Assembly: GCA_973895155.1 (NCBI GenBank)
Contig: OZ316891.1
Coordinates: forward strand, 19,059,048-19,123,047
Direction: 5' to 3'
Source: Marsupella aquatica
Lineage: Eukaryota > Plantae > Marchantiophyta
DNA: 64,000 bases
The notes under the pieces: generated by a model
Told to the model about the DNA's origin: nothing
The model's database searches: none
Seen by the model: only the letters and a program-made list of their open reading frames with translations
Shown here: one piece after another, positions 25,486 to 37,262 of the stretch
Numbering within the stretch: the first letter of the stretch is position 1
Layout of the letters: the number at the start of each line of letters is the position of its first letter
Position numbers and translations under genes: made by a program

Positions 25486-27504
25486 ATTAAAAGCTGTTCT
25501 CTAAAACTATGAACATCGGACTCTTGTGTATTTTTCCACAACTAATGTCATTTCTCAAGTTTCTTGCTCTGGACTTTATGAAGTTGTGACGTTCCGAAAT
25601 GTACTTTGGACCCTTTTTCCCCGCCTTTTTCAGAACTTGTGAAACTGTTTCTTTTAGATAAACTAGCGCTGACTACCCATTCTTTCTAAATCATGAATGG
25701 AATAGTCAAAAAAGTGACTCCTTAAGACAAAACAAATTTGGTATAGTGATAAGAATAGTGTATCAAAAGATGAAGGGATCGAAACCCCACTTGAGAACCT
25801 TTAAACTAGTGTTTTCAGAATTTGTGAAACTATTTCTTTCAGATAGATTCAGACAATACTGGTTTAGGAAAATGTTATTTGGCCCCCAATAGACTCAAAG
25901 ACTACCCATTTATTGTATCAAGAGGCGTGGGGGGACTGCAAAACACCAAGCTCACCTCTAATTGCATCAAATCAAAAGTAGTATTCTTTACTTTCCACTC
26001 CTAACATTTTTGGGTTTGTTGGGCTCACCCAAGAATCCCTCCCATTGCACATACCCATAGTCACACTTAGTTGACATGATGGCAATCCGAGCCTGTCACA
26101 TTCCAAGATTGTTCCTACAAGTTGATGAGACAGTCCATTCTATAGAAAACCTCTACTGTCCAAACTCTCTGTTGAGTGCTCCAACACTCCTCCCTAGGCA
26201 TTTAGTTCAGGTCAAAATTATCTGGACAAATTTTATATGTTTCGGTGATAAAAAAATGCTTTCTGGCCATAACAGCTTGAAGGAGAAAGATTTGATCAAT
26301 ACCATTGCATTACAATGGATGTAATTCTCCTCTTTAACAACATAATTATGCACAATCTCAGCTTTATACCTTTATACCTTGGCCATTCAATCATTGAACT
26401 AATAAACCTATCCATGTAGTGATGTTTCCTTTGAAACTTACTTTTGTGCAACTTTGAACCAAAACTGTCCAGAAAATTTTAAAAGTGTACTAGCCCTAAA
26501 TGTGCAACCTTTTGCACATATGTTTGAATCCAATGTCCCCTTTCTCACCTTTGTTAAGAGCTAGTTTATCTAGATGCAATCTAGTATATGTCTATGCTGG
26601 CACTTGCGGCAAACCACCATGAATTGTTTGGACAAAAAATTGCATATTTGGCCATATGCGTTTCCACAAAAACCTGATTAGTTTGTGTATGATGACTACA
26701 GGATATTTTGAGGGTCTGGGGCCTTGCAGAAAAATATTATAGAATTGTTGAGTAGAGTTGTGAAGATGAACCTGCCTCAATAGAGAGACTATAAATGACA
26801 ACTCAAGGGATATTAGAAAAGGAAGAAAGGGAACTGTATTGATTACTAACGCTAGCTACCTTAAATGCCAGTTTTGTTAAAAATACGTCGAGCCTTTGTT
26901 TTAGACAAATAGACCATTCAGATAGCGTGTCTACTCAACGCAACATTGTTTGATGTGAGGTTAATTTGAACACAGCAAGGATGAACTCTAGTTGAGTTCA
27001 TACAAACAAAACAATGTGAAGGAGCAATCAAATGGAGTTATGACACAACAAGTAGTGAGGAGGAAAGTTTGACCGTTCAATGTCATTTCAAGTTGCATCC
27101 TCCAGGTTGGTGTAACTCCGGCAATGAGGATGCATCCTTAGATGTTGTGATTGTCATCCAACGTGATAACAAATCTCTCAATTAGAGAATTAAAATCAAA
27201 CTATCAACCATTGTAAATACAAATCTGTCAAGAATAGACAAATCTCTCTCTTGGATGGAAGTAATCAGATCCTGAATAGCAATCCAATATTTACTCTCCA
27301 AGTGGTTCCCTGGAATTATTTATACCTGTCAAATTTTATTCCCGTACAGCGATTTTCAAAAGTCCTTTCACCCACCTTCCTCTGTATCTTGAGATCACAT
27401 TCTTCTTTATCCCAAGATCACAAATTCTAGGAGCTCAAAGTTCTTTGAGATTCCTTTGAACCCTGAAGTGAGATAGGAATTGATTACATGTAGAATACCT
27501 TGCT

Positions 27505-27519
27505 AGAAAATTCATGAAA
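27505..27519 (+). promoter_or_regulatory. Perfect heat-shock element nGAAnnTTCnnGAAn, with TATAAAT at 27658-27664
   Basis: aGAAaaTTCatGAAa, 2.3 kb upstream of the sHSP ATG; the acceptor just before the ATG implies an upstream exon, so the distance is plausible. Link to the gene is inferred. Confidence 0.45.
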
Positions 27520-29819
27520 CTCAACTGGAATCTAGACTTAAGCAGTAATGAGGATCAACTATTTGATGAGAGGATGCAAATTTGGTGACTAGCCTCAATG
27601 TAAGACTTGAATTGCAAATCTAGCTGGGTATCAGTTTGATGCAATTTTATATTTAACTATAAATCATGGGTGGATTGGGGAATGTTGAGCAGTCAAATGA
27701 AGTAAAGGAAATAGGGCTATGGTAGTGGTGGTTTAATAAGAATCAGACTGAAGCTAAGTTGATTGCTAAATGTACAAGTATGCTCTCCATAAAGTGATTC
27801 ACAGATACTATATCACTGAAACAGTCAGGGACAATGGGGGGGTTGAATTTTGAGATGAGGTGATTCATGATCTTAAGCATCCACAAGATTGTTATTCACC
27901 GGTCCTTGATGTTCCACCAAAGCATGTATAAGCATAATCAATTTTGACATTTTAATAACATTGAGGACATAATACTATAATTGCAAAGGTGCAACAAGGA
28001 AGTTGCTTGACAATCATGACCTGCCTTTGGGAGCCATATGGTCAGGTCCCAACTTTCAGCCAGAGGAGAAGAATCTCAATTACGGATACCCTGATGGTAG
28101 AAGTTGATGAACCCTGAATAGCCAACCCCGAGATACACTCAACTGCTGGACAATACATCAACTTCATTGGACAATAAGGTTTCCAGAGAGCCAGCTAGCT
28201 ACAACAAACTTAGCTGTGAAGATCTTAGGTTTACCAAAATCTGAGAATGAGCCAAAGAAAAACCCAATCAAAGGAGAAGCACAGAAGCTTGAAGTTCATT
28301 TGGCCCCCACTGGTGTTGAGTGTTACAAATTCACCTATATTGACTACAGAGCTTCTTCAACATGCCCAATTCACTGCCACTACACGGTACTTGAATTCAT
28401 CTGACGATACCATTTAATTGTCTTGAGGCACTCTTGCCAATGAACAATATTGCATTTTCTGGGTTTTGAATTTCTTTATACCTGGAGATAGTTTCTTGGG
28501 CATGCATCATCATGATTGCATGTTCCCAAAGTTAGCCCAGCTTCATAAGATTGCCTACCTTGAAATTAAAACGCAGGCCCCACAGCTATACGTGTCATAC
28601 TTTTTCTTGAGCTATTTTAGGATGAGCAGACTGACTATTTACTTCTTCAATTCTCTTGCATCTGCTTTAAGCCATTTTGAGATATTTTGGGTCGAGTATA
28701 TGTGTTGACTGTTGCCTCCTTCAGCAATCTTTAAGGTCTACTCCATGCTATCTGATGTAAACTTGTGAGCTACATATCCACTTCAAGGTTTTGGATGAGA
28801 GAATCTGTGGAATCTGTTGTCCACAGATCGTGGTTAAAGCAGAGAATTGCCCACACAACATTTTAAACATCTCCTGAGAGAAAAATGAGGGTTGATGTAT
28901 CTTTCCTAAATGAAGCTAATGGGATGGAACAAGAAGGACAAAAAGAGAAATTCTTTATCTTTTATTTTGAGTTGTGCAATGAAGGCCTGGATATTATTTT
29001 GACAAGGGAAGGGTGTGGCTTGGAGTATGGATTCTGCAGGGATGTCTTTCATGCATACCAGCACAGTGGAAGTTGTTGGTCTGTAGGGGATTTGGAGTAG
29101 GTTTAACTCACATTGCTTGGCTCTGTTTGTGCTTCTCCAACAAGTTTTCTGCCTTATCTTTCTGCCTTGGCGCACTTCTCGTGTAAGCTCACTCACACTC
29201 TCATCTTGAATGCATGAAAACATATATATAATTCCTATTTTGTACTCTCAGATATTGTACAACAATACAGGCTACTCCAGTTTTGCTTCATTTTGGAATC
29301 CAGATTAAATTACATAACTAAATTACTCATTCTCAATTGACTTTTTGGTCTTTATTTCTGGTGCTCTAGCTGTGCTATACTTGAGGCAATATGTCCCCGT
29401 CTACCTCACATAGTTTATTCAAATCTAGGTTACGTGTGCACGGCTCTTGGTGTAATTTGGCATACTGCCTCCAGCAGCAACCAGATTTAAACAAAGTTGT
29501 AAATGACCCCTGGTTACCATTTGACTAGAAAGGATATATGTCACATAAACTGATTCTTTAGATTTGTCATTCTAGTGCTTGGCAGATTGAGGTGCTCCCT
29601 GTTTGATTCATTTTAGGTTTGTCACCATTTGAGTTTGCAATCATGTACCCAATAACTTGTTCAAATTGATTAGCCTTTGATCAGTGGAGCCCTTCTAAAA
29701 ATGTAATGGGTCAAAAGATTGTGACGTATATTTAGTCAGCTCACCAAATGTGCAAAAGGTACAAACATCAATGTAATAGACTGATTGGTAGGTTGGATTC
29801 TCTGCAGACAGTAGACAGC

Positions 29820-31789
29820 ATGGCAACCACAGCTGTGGATGTAAAGGAGCTTCCAAACTCTTATGTATTTGTTGCAGACATGCCTGGTCTGAAACATAGT
29901 GAAATCAAGGTACTATGGCAGTGTTTCAAAACTTACAATTTCAAAGCTTACTATCCTATGATATGGATTTGCTGTGACCTGGGGTTTGAATAGCTCAGTT
30001 AATCTTTTGGGTGAAGTGCTTTGAGCTGCTCTCCTCTACATTATGTTTCATATTGCCACATATCCATCAAACATGTTCTTCACCAGTTGATCCTTGAAAC
30101 ACTACATGCTTACATATAGATCATAAGAATTTGAAGAATTTTCAAATGAATCCTAATTTCGCATTTCATTTCATTAAGGTGGCATTCAATAGATCACTTT
30201 TATTTGTTACAGTTATAATCAGGAATAGAAAGATCAATGGACCAAGGGGTTTGTTTGGCCCATCCCAGGGACTGCGTGAGGTCATCAGCCAGTTTACATC
30301 TAGAAGAAAAAGGGACCAGCTGCTTGTGCAAGGACTCTTCACTTTTGGCTAGCATGGGGTTTGACCTGGCAAAGTCTAAGATATTTCTGAGATCAATTGC
30401 TCCATTTGTTATGAGAGTGAAAATGATCAAATATTATTTAGCAACTGTTGTTCACTTTTGTGAAGGACATCCTTAGTAGTTCTTTCTCCAGGAACCCCAA
30501 CCAGTTCTAAACTGTTGGTTTTTGGCAACTTGTACATTATCTGGATAGTCTTCTGATGTCTGTTTAATCTCAAAGTTTGCAAGCATGGGGTCTGATATCC
30601 AATCTTTGACCTCGCAAAGTCTAAGATTGTTCTGAGATCAATTGCTCCATTTTTTATGATGGAAAATGATCAAATATTGTTTAGCAACTGCCATTCACTT
30701 TTGTGAAGGACATACTAAATGAGTAGTTTGAGCATGATTGAGCAACAAATTAGCAGTTTTCTGGATGTACACTTCACTTTTGCAAAGTCGCCCTCAGTAG
30801 TTTAAGCATGAGTGACAAATTACCACTTTTGGGCATGAGCAGCAACTTATCACTGGGTAAACTAATTGATTCTGTCTGCAAACAATCACGAGGCCATCAT
30901 ATACAGAGCACATTATAGTCAAACTGTAAAATATGTCGCTCAATTTCCACTTGGGCTTTAGAGCAAGCCCCTGGGTCCATTTGGGCTTTAACTGGTAATT
31001 CCATTCTCTCCTTTATAAAACATGAAAGTCAATGGGGACTCACTATCTTAAAAGAGAGTTTGTAGGATAAATCTAAACTCTAAGTTTTGGTACATTAGAC
31101 AATCTCCCATTCACAACTTGTACGCAACAACTGGATCCTGGAATAGGCCAAGCAAATGAATGTAAAAATGTTGTGTAACTGTACTTCACCAGAAGCCTAG
31201 AAATCATCCTTTTTGATTATCATTGTTCAGATGATTCCAATGAAATTCAGGTCCCATTTACATTAAATACCGCAGACATATTGCTCAATGTTGTATCCCA
31301 TGTGACCTGTTAGTGTAGAACTTAATCTACAATACAAGTTCCTTGAATGAATTGTGATAAAGTCAGAGCAGGGATAACAATAGTGATGTTTGGTCACTGT
31401 GACACTATGAGTGTCAAGGTTGGAATACAAGAGGAAAACAATAAAAATGAAGAAAGGTTTTAGGCTGTGGGACCTTTCAATACTGGGCCATGAATGAGGG
31501 ATGTTTGCAGGTGCAAGTGGAGAATGATAGTGTACTGAAGATCAGTGGAGAAAGGAAGCGGGATGATTTTGCCACTGATACAGAGATCAAATATGTTCGA
31601 GTGGAGCGGAGTGCTGGGAAGTTTATGCGCAAGTTCAATCTGCCTGCAAATGCTAATTTGGATGGCATTTCTGCCGCCTGTCAGGATGGACTACTCACAG
31701 TGATTGTACCAAAGAACCCACCACCTGATCCCCACAGGCCCCGTACCTTTGATGTCAATGTTGGCTCCACCAGTGTTGCTCCTCCATAA
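29820..31789 (+). CDS. Cytosolic class II-like small heat-shock protein (HSP20/alpha-crystallin); exons 29820(or acceptor 29808)-29909 and 31511-31789
   Basis: [30 protein letters not shown]|[17 protein letters not shown]...[57 protein letters not shown]; canonical phase-0 GT-AG intron. A further upstream coding exon is possible but was not found. Confidence 0.92.
30351..30713. repeat. About 120-bp direct duplication inside the sHSP intron
   Basis: TTTGACCT.GCAAAGTCTAAGAT..TTCTGAGATCAATTGCTCCATTT...TTCACTTTTGTGAAGGACAT at about 30351-30470 and 30582-30713. Confidence 0.8.
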
Positions 31790-31870
31790 GCTTGGATTGA
31801 ATTCATGTGCTCTCCTCCCTTTGAGAGTGTGCTGGAATTTCTCCATGTGACTTTTGTTTGTTAGGAGGCG

Positions 31871-32058
31871 CTATCTGCACATTAATTGTAAAAGAATTAT
31901 TTCCTTAGCTAGCAGGCTCTATGTGCACATTGATTGTCAAAGAATTCTTTCCTTAGCTAGCAGGCTCTATGTGCACATTGATTGTCAAAGAATTCTTTCC
32001 TTAGCTAGCAGGCTCTATGTGCACATTAATTGTCAAAGAATTCTTTCCTTAGCTAGCA
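31871..32058. repeat. 48-bp minisatellite, about 4 copies, just downstream of the sHSP stop
   Basis: CTCTATGTGCACATTGATTGTCAAAGAATTCTTTCCTTAGCTAGCAGG in tandem. Confidence 0.95.
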
Positions 32059-33195
32059 TGCATGTTGATTCTGCCCCAATCTGCCTCGTTGCCATGCCAC
32101 TTGAGTTCAGATGAGTTTGTGCGTGCTCTGGAATGAAGCAATGTCTGAATTGAATACACTGTAATGTTTTGCCCTTGTTTTGCTTTTCCTTGTTAAGATA
32201 GTTGAACAGAAATTAAGGGTACCACAAATTGGACCACAAGTCCACCACATGGAAGAACAGGCCTGGCCCTGATGCTCTCATGATGGACTTGAATGATGGG
32301 TATTCATTTTAAATGCTGGGGATGCTCCCAAGTGTGCATTGCTAGACAATTCTGGGAGGGGAAGCATATGTTGGTCACTTTAAGACACTTACAGGATGAT
32401 CTTGAGAGTTTTAGTCTACAATAGTGTTCAACAAATAATGTAGGACCTCTAAAATTGCTTTAAACTGCCACACTCCCCTATCATGTGGCAGGACAAAATA
32501 GTGCACTAATTACAGTGGCTCCGCCAGGTTTTGCTTGGGGACAGTGGTAGTTTAACCATAGTACATCATGCCAACACTAATAATGTGCACTTGAATACTT
32601 GCACCTTTGACACTATTTCAGCACAAACAAGATGAGCTTTCACAGAACAATTCTTGCAAATTTCCAGTTTCCCATTGAATGCAAATGAAATTGAAGCTGA
32701 CAATGGGAAAATTGAAAGTACCAGCCAAACGTTTTACAAAGTGATTCAACTGGTCCAACGATTGAACTGTAGTGATTCATTGTTTGATTATCGTAGAAAG
32801 CATGATGTGCACCAATCTACAAGACAAAACCTTCACGTTCACATAAGGTGCATTTTGTGATCCCATGTGACTTTAAATGTTTGGATGGAGATACCATATA
32901 AGCTTACAATGTATAAGTATCCAATAAAGTTTGATAAAAAGGCAACTGTGATCGTTCATTCAAAGAGCATGTGGGAATCCTATACGATTTAGAGAGCTTT
33001 TTGAAGGAGATCTCATTTACTATATATTAGTATGATTTCATCGAGGACTTTATGAGCCCATTGAGGGTTCCACAGATATTGTTGTGGTGATGTTCTCATC
33101 GTGAAATCGTTGTTGTGGCGGGTGCCATTGTCATTGCAATTGTGATGTTGTTGTGGCAGTGTTGTTGTCATAGAAAGCGTATTGTCAAAACAAGT

Positions 33196-33575
33196 ACTTT
33201 GCCACTAAAGATGTTCTAATTGACAATACTGTCACTGTTTTTTTCTCCTATTTATAAAAATGCCACGATTTTGTATATGGATGATAAGTTTACCAAGGTA
33301 ACCAGGGGAACTATATACGAAAACCGTGACATTTTTGTACATACAAAAAACACAGTGGCAGTATTGTAAATTCAAACAACTTTAGTGGCAATAAACTTAA
33401 AGGCTGATTGTCAAAAAGGCTATCAGCTCAAAACTATTGTCATTCTGCAAAATGTGTGCTACGTGTTGTTGAAGTCCATGCAAAGTAGAGGATGGTAGGT
33501 GCTTATGGGTAGAGAGTGGGGTGACACTTGGGGCAAGAGTTTTGGCAAGAATTGGGCCAAAATTGGTAAGAATAT
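33196..33575 (-). repeat. Inverted copy of the 25113-25485 repeat with MITE-like foldback at about 33199-33391
   Basis: Direct comparison of the two regions. Confidence 0.85.
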
Positions 33576-35060
33576 GGGCCAAATATTGGCAGTAATGTTT
33601 TTTTCTGGGCATTTTTTAAAAATTTGTTTGCTCTGATAGGATTTCTAAACTTGGACGGATCAGTTTAAAAACTTTTTTATTTTACAAAAGAGCGTGAACT
33701 TAAACTAAGATAGCCTGAATGCAGACTATATCAATTCTGTATAAGGGGCATTTGGGGAGTCATCAAAGTTTGAAAAATGGAGATCCTATTGAAGCTTCAT
33801 GTTATCTAAGAAAAATAGAATAGAAGAGGGAAGGGCAGCCACGTCATGGGAATATACAAGGTCCAATGGGATCCCCATCCAAAACCTTTTGCTCCCATAG
33901 AATTCTTATCACATTGGATCTATAGAAATGTAGATTGAACTAGGATGACATGGATTAAGTGTAACAAAGCCTGATTTTTGTGTATGGAGCACTTTGGGTT
34001 GTGTTCAAACTTAGACATTTGGATAGAGAATGATCTCATCTGTGCTTGGAGAGCCTACTTAAATATGAGACGGCCATTAAAAAATGGTCCTAAAATGCTT
34101 TGGCAAATTTTGTGTCAAGACAGACGTATGGCTTTATGCTGATCCTAAGGAGCATTTTAGGGAGGTCAATCTTTGCAGGGCTAAATCCCTTTGGTTTTGA
34201 ATAGATGAGGCTGCAATTTCCAGAAGAGAAAAAAATTAGAGCGCACTTGTCTGCATTTACCCAAAGTTGTTCCGCTGGTTACCTGAACAATTGTGCTTCA
34301 TTTTGCTGGGAAACATTTTCCTTTTGTGAATTCAATGGGCGAAAGCATGTTCATGCCCACCAAAGCAGTACCCATCAAGCATTCCAGGACTACCATTGGG
34401 CGAGCCTCATGCTAATCTAACTGTAGGGGGGCCATGGAAATCACTTTGTCTCTAACCCTGGCAGCTCGACCAATGGGCATAGCTTGAGGGTGGATGAGAT
34501 GTATACTGTAATTCGCAATTGAAGTTGGTTCATGATCTATGCTGCGAGAGTGCAGCCATAGGCCCTAGTTTTCTCTGGTAAGAAAAATTGGTTTTAGACT
34601 ATGAGGCATGGCTGCATTTTTGGGTATGGGAACAGTCTTGTGCATATTGGCGGGTGTTTGGAGTAGTGAATTGCCAGCAGAGGCGTAGACTCTCCTTTTT
34701 GTGCCCTGAACTACTTCTATGGGTGCAGGGAGGCCCGAAAGGGAAAAAAGGAAGAGGCAGGCAAGCCGTAGACAAGAGGGAGGTAGACATGATACAAAGA
34801 ATGGGCCAGGGTTGCAGAGGGCAAAAGGGAGAACCTGAGTCTGCAGTCCTAGAGAAGGAGACCATATAGCAAGGTAAATTTAAAGGTTTTATTTGTTGCC
34901 AAGGTTAAGTTTTTTGGACAAAAATATTCCTTATTTCATTTTTCTAGATTAATTTGTAATCATTATATCTCCCTCGATTTAAAGATAAGGATTGAGACTA
35001 CCCGTCTCTGGTTAGGTGAGAAACTGGCTAATCCAAAACAAAAAGCATAGCAATTTTTCA

Positions 35061-35730
35061 CCACTAAGATTCCCGGCTAAATAAAAATACGAACTGTCAC
35101 GTAGGCTTCGGTTTAGAAGGGGAAGAAGTACAGTAGGGAGGAGGGAGAGCACAACACCGGGCGAGCAAGAGCAGCAGGAGCAGGCATTTCCCATTAAATA
35201 TTTTCCCGATATGAGGTAGAATTTGACAAAGGTTTGCCAACTAATTTTTTTCCCGCTATAAGGTGTAATTTGGCTAATTGTCGCCAGTAAATAAAAGTAG
35301 TGCTGCCACGTAGCCTGCGGCGGAGAAGGGGACTAAGTACAGTAGGGAGAAGAAGGAAGGGCCCAACACCGGGCGAGCAAGAGCAGGAATAGCAGGAGGA
35401 GGTTGTCGCCACTAAATTCTGTCCGTGTGATTTTGGCTAATTGAGCATGGTCGCCACTAAATAAAAGTACTGCTGCGGCCACGTACCCTTGGCCCTTGGG
35501 GAGAGAAGGGGGAGAACAACGCTGGACGAGCAATAGGAGGAATAGCAGGAGGGCTGGAGGGGGTTTTGGCCACTAAATTCTGTCCCGCTATGGGGTGGAA
35601 CTTGGCGAATTTACTGTGGCCACTAAATAAGAGTACTGGTGCGGCCAAGTACGCTTGGGCAGAGAAGGGGAAGAAGTACAGTGGTAGGAAGTAGAAGGGA
35701 GAGCTCATCGCCGGGCGAGCAAAGAGCAAG
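35061..35730. repeat. Four diverged 170-210-bp modules upstream of the ACINUS-like gene
   Basis: Each carries TAAATAA.A.TA, a (GC)CACGTA-like core, GAGAAGGGG, and most carry AGTACAGT and CCGGGCGAGCAA. Confidence 0.7.
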
Positions 35731-37262
35731 AGGAAGAGGAGGCGGACTGCCGGAGGGACGTGGAGGGACGTGGAGGACCGAATCCAGAAGAGGGAGGGAG
35801 GGAGGGAGGGAGGGAACGAACGATTCGAAGAAAGGCGGGACGACGACGATGTTGCGTCTGCTGCTGAGGAAGCGCTCTGTGTCGAGGCCGAGCAACGATC
35901 GCCACCGTGCAACGAGCGACTGACCATCATTGCTGTTCGGGAAAACCAGAGGTGACCAGCTTTGTTGCCGACGAGCTCCGTTGTTGATTCGAGTCTCGGA
36001 GTTCCGGATCGGGAACGTCGAGTTCGTCCGGGTTTGTGCTGCGGATCCGTCCGAGGAGCGAGGAACACGAAGAAAGAGGCTGCGGGAAGAAGAAGAGGGA
36101 GGGAGGGAGGGCGAGGCACGCACTACGTAGTTACTACGCACGGGCAGATATTTTGGGCGGAAAGGGAAGGGACGAAAACTCAATACGAAACGAAGAAAGG
36201 AGGAGGAGGAGGAGGAAGAAGAAGGGAAGGGAAGGAGTCGAAATCGAAAGGAGGAAGGGTGCATTTAATGTACACCTGCGGTTACTTGGTGGAGAACAGG
36301 GGAGGGACCTCGTAAGATGTCGGGGTGGAGCATGTGAGGAGAAGTGGAGGAGGAGGAAAGTGGAAGGAATAAGGCAGACAGGCAGGCAGTGGGTGGTGGT
36401 GGTCCTAGGGAAAAGGAAAGGGAAGGAGTTTTGAGGAGATCCATTTCGGTGGAGGCGGGTTTGGTGGTGATTGATACGGTTGATTTGTTCAGAGTCCTTT
36501 GAGCGCACAGACAGACACTACACTGTACCACCTTGTCGCGTGAAGGAGGCCAAAAAGGTTAAAAAGCGACTTTGTGTCCCGTCTCGTTGGTTCGGTGTGG
36601 TTCGGTTTAGTTCGGTTGTTCGGTTCTTTCTTGGTCAGAAAGGAGTTCGGTGGTAGGTTTCTTGTGTGTGCTGTGATGTCGAATGCCGTCGGCTAGGCGA
36701 GCGAGCGCTCATTGTTGAATTCCGGTGTTGAGAAGAGACTAGGGTAAAGGGATGACCTAGTTGTGGCACAGATATATCATAAACCTTCGACGTCGGGGTA
36801 AAACGGATTCGGGTTGGTTTGGGAAGGGTGGCTGCGGGACGCGAGGGGGAAAGGTTTGGTGGTTTCTTGTAGAGGAAAAATCTTGCTGGCTGGCTGTTGG
36901 AAGAGAGATCTATTTGATTTTTGGTGTGCCCCGCTGAAGATCATCCGTCTGATTTATTTCTTCTGCGGTGCTACATTGTTTTTGAGGTTACCTATTTAGG
37001 ACGCCATTGTTGAGTTTTTTGTTGCACAGCATTTATAGGCTTTACCTGCTGCTGTCATATTCGGGGCTTCTCTACCATTCCCTTCGTCTGCCTTCTTGCC
37101 TGATCTTTCCCCTTGCATATTTCATTTTCAAAAGATTTAGGTCTTCTGTTCTCTTCTGAAGCCACGTTCTGTAGAGCCATTTGCATCAGTAGCTTATTAG
37201 TAGTGTGCATCTCCATACCCTTGTACACCTAATCAGTGTTGACCTTTTGAAAGATTTTGGCA

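Noticed and set aside
31871-32058. Regular short repeats resembling a CRISPR array (also 42995-43690 and 61532-62165)
   Set aside because: Units are head-to-tail without unique spacers, there are no cas genes, and the context is eukaryotic; these are minisatellites.
35457-36531. Many overlapping 100-220 aa ORFs (also 11551-12280 and 45646-46132)
   Set aside because: Low-complexity GA/CT-rich promoter or UTR sequence that lacks stops by composition.
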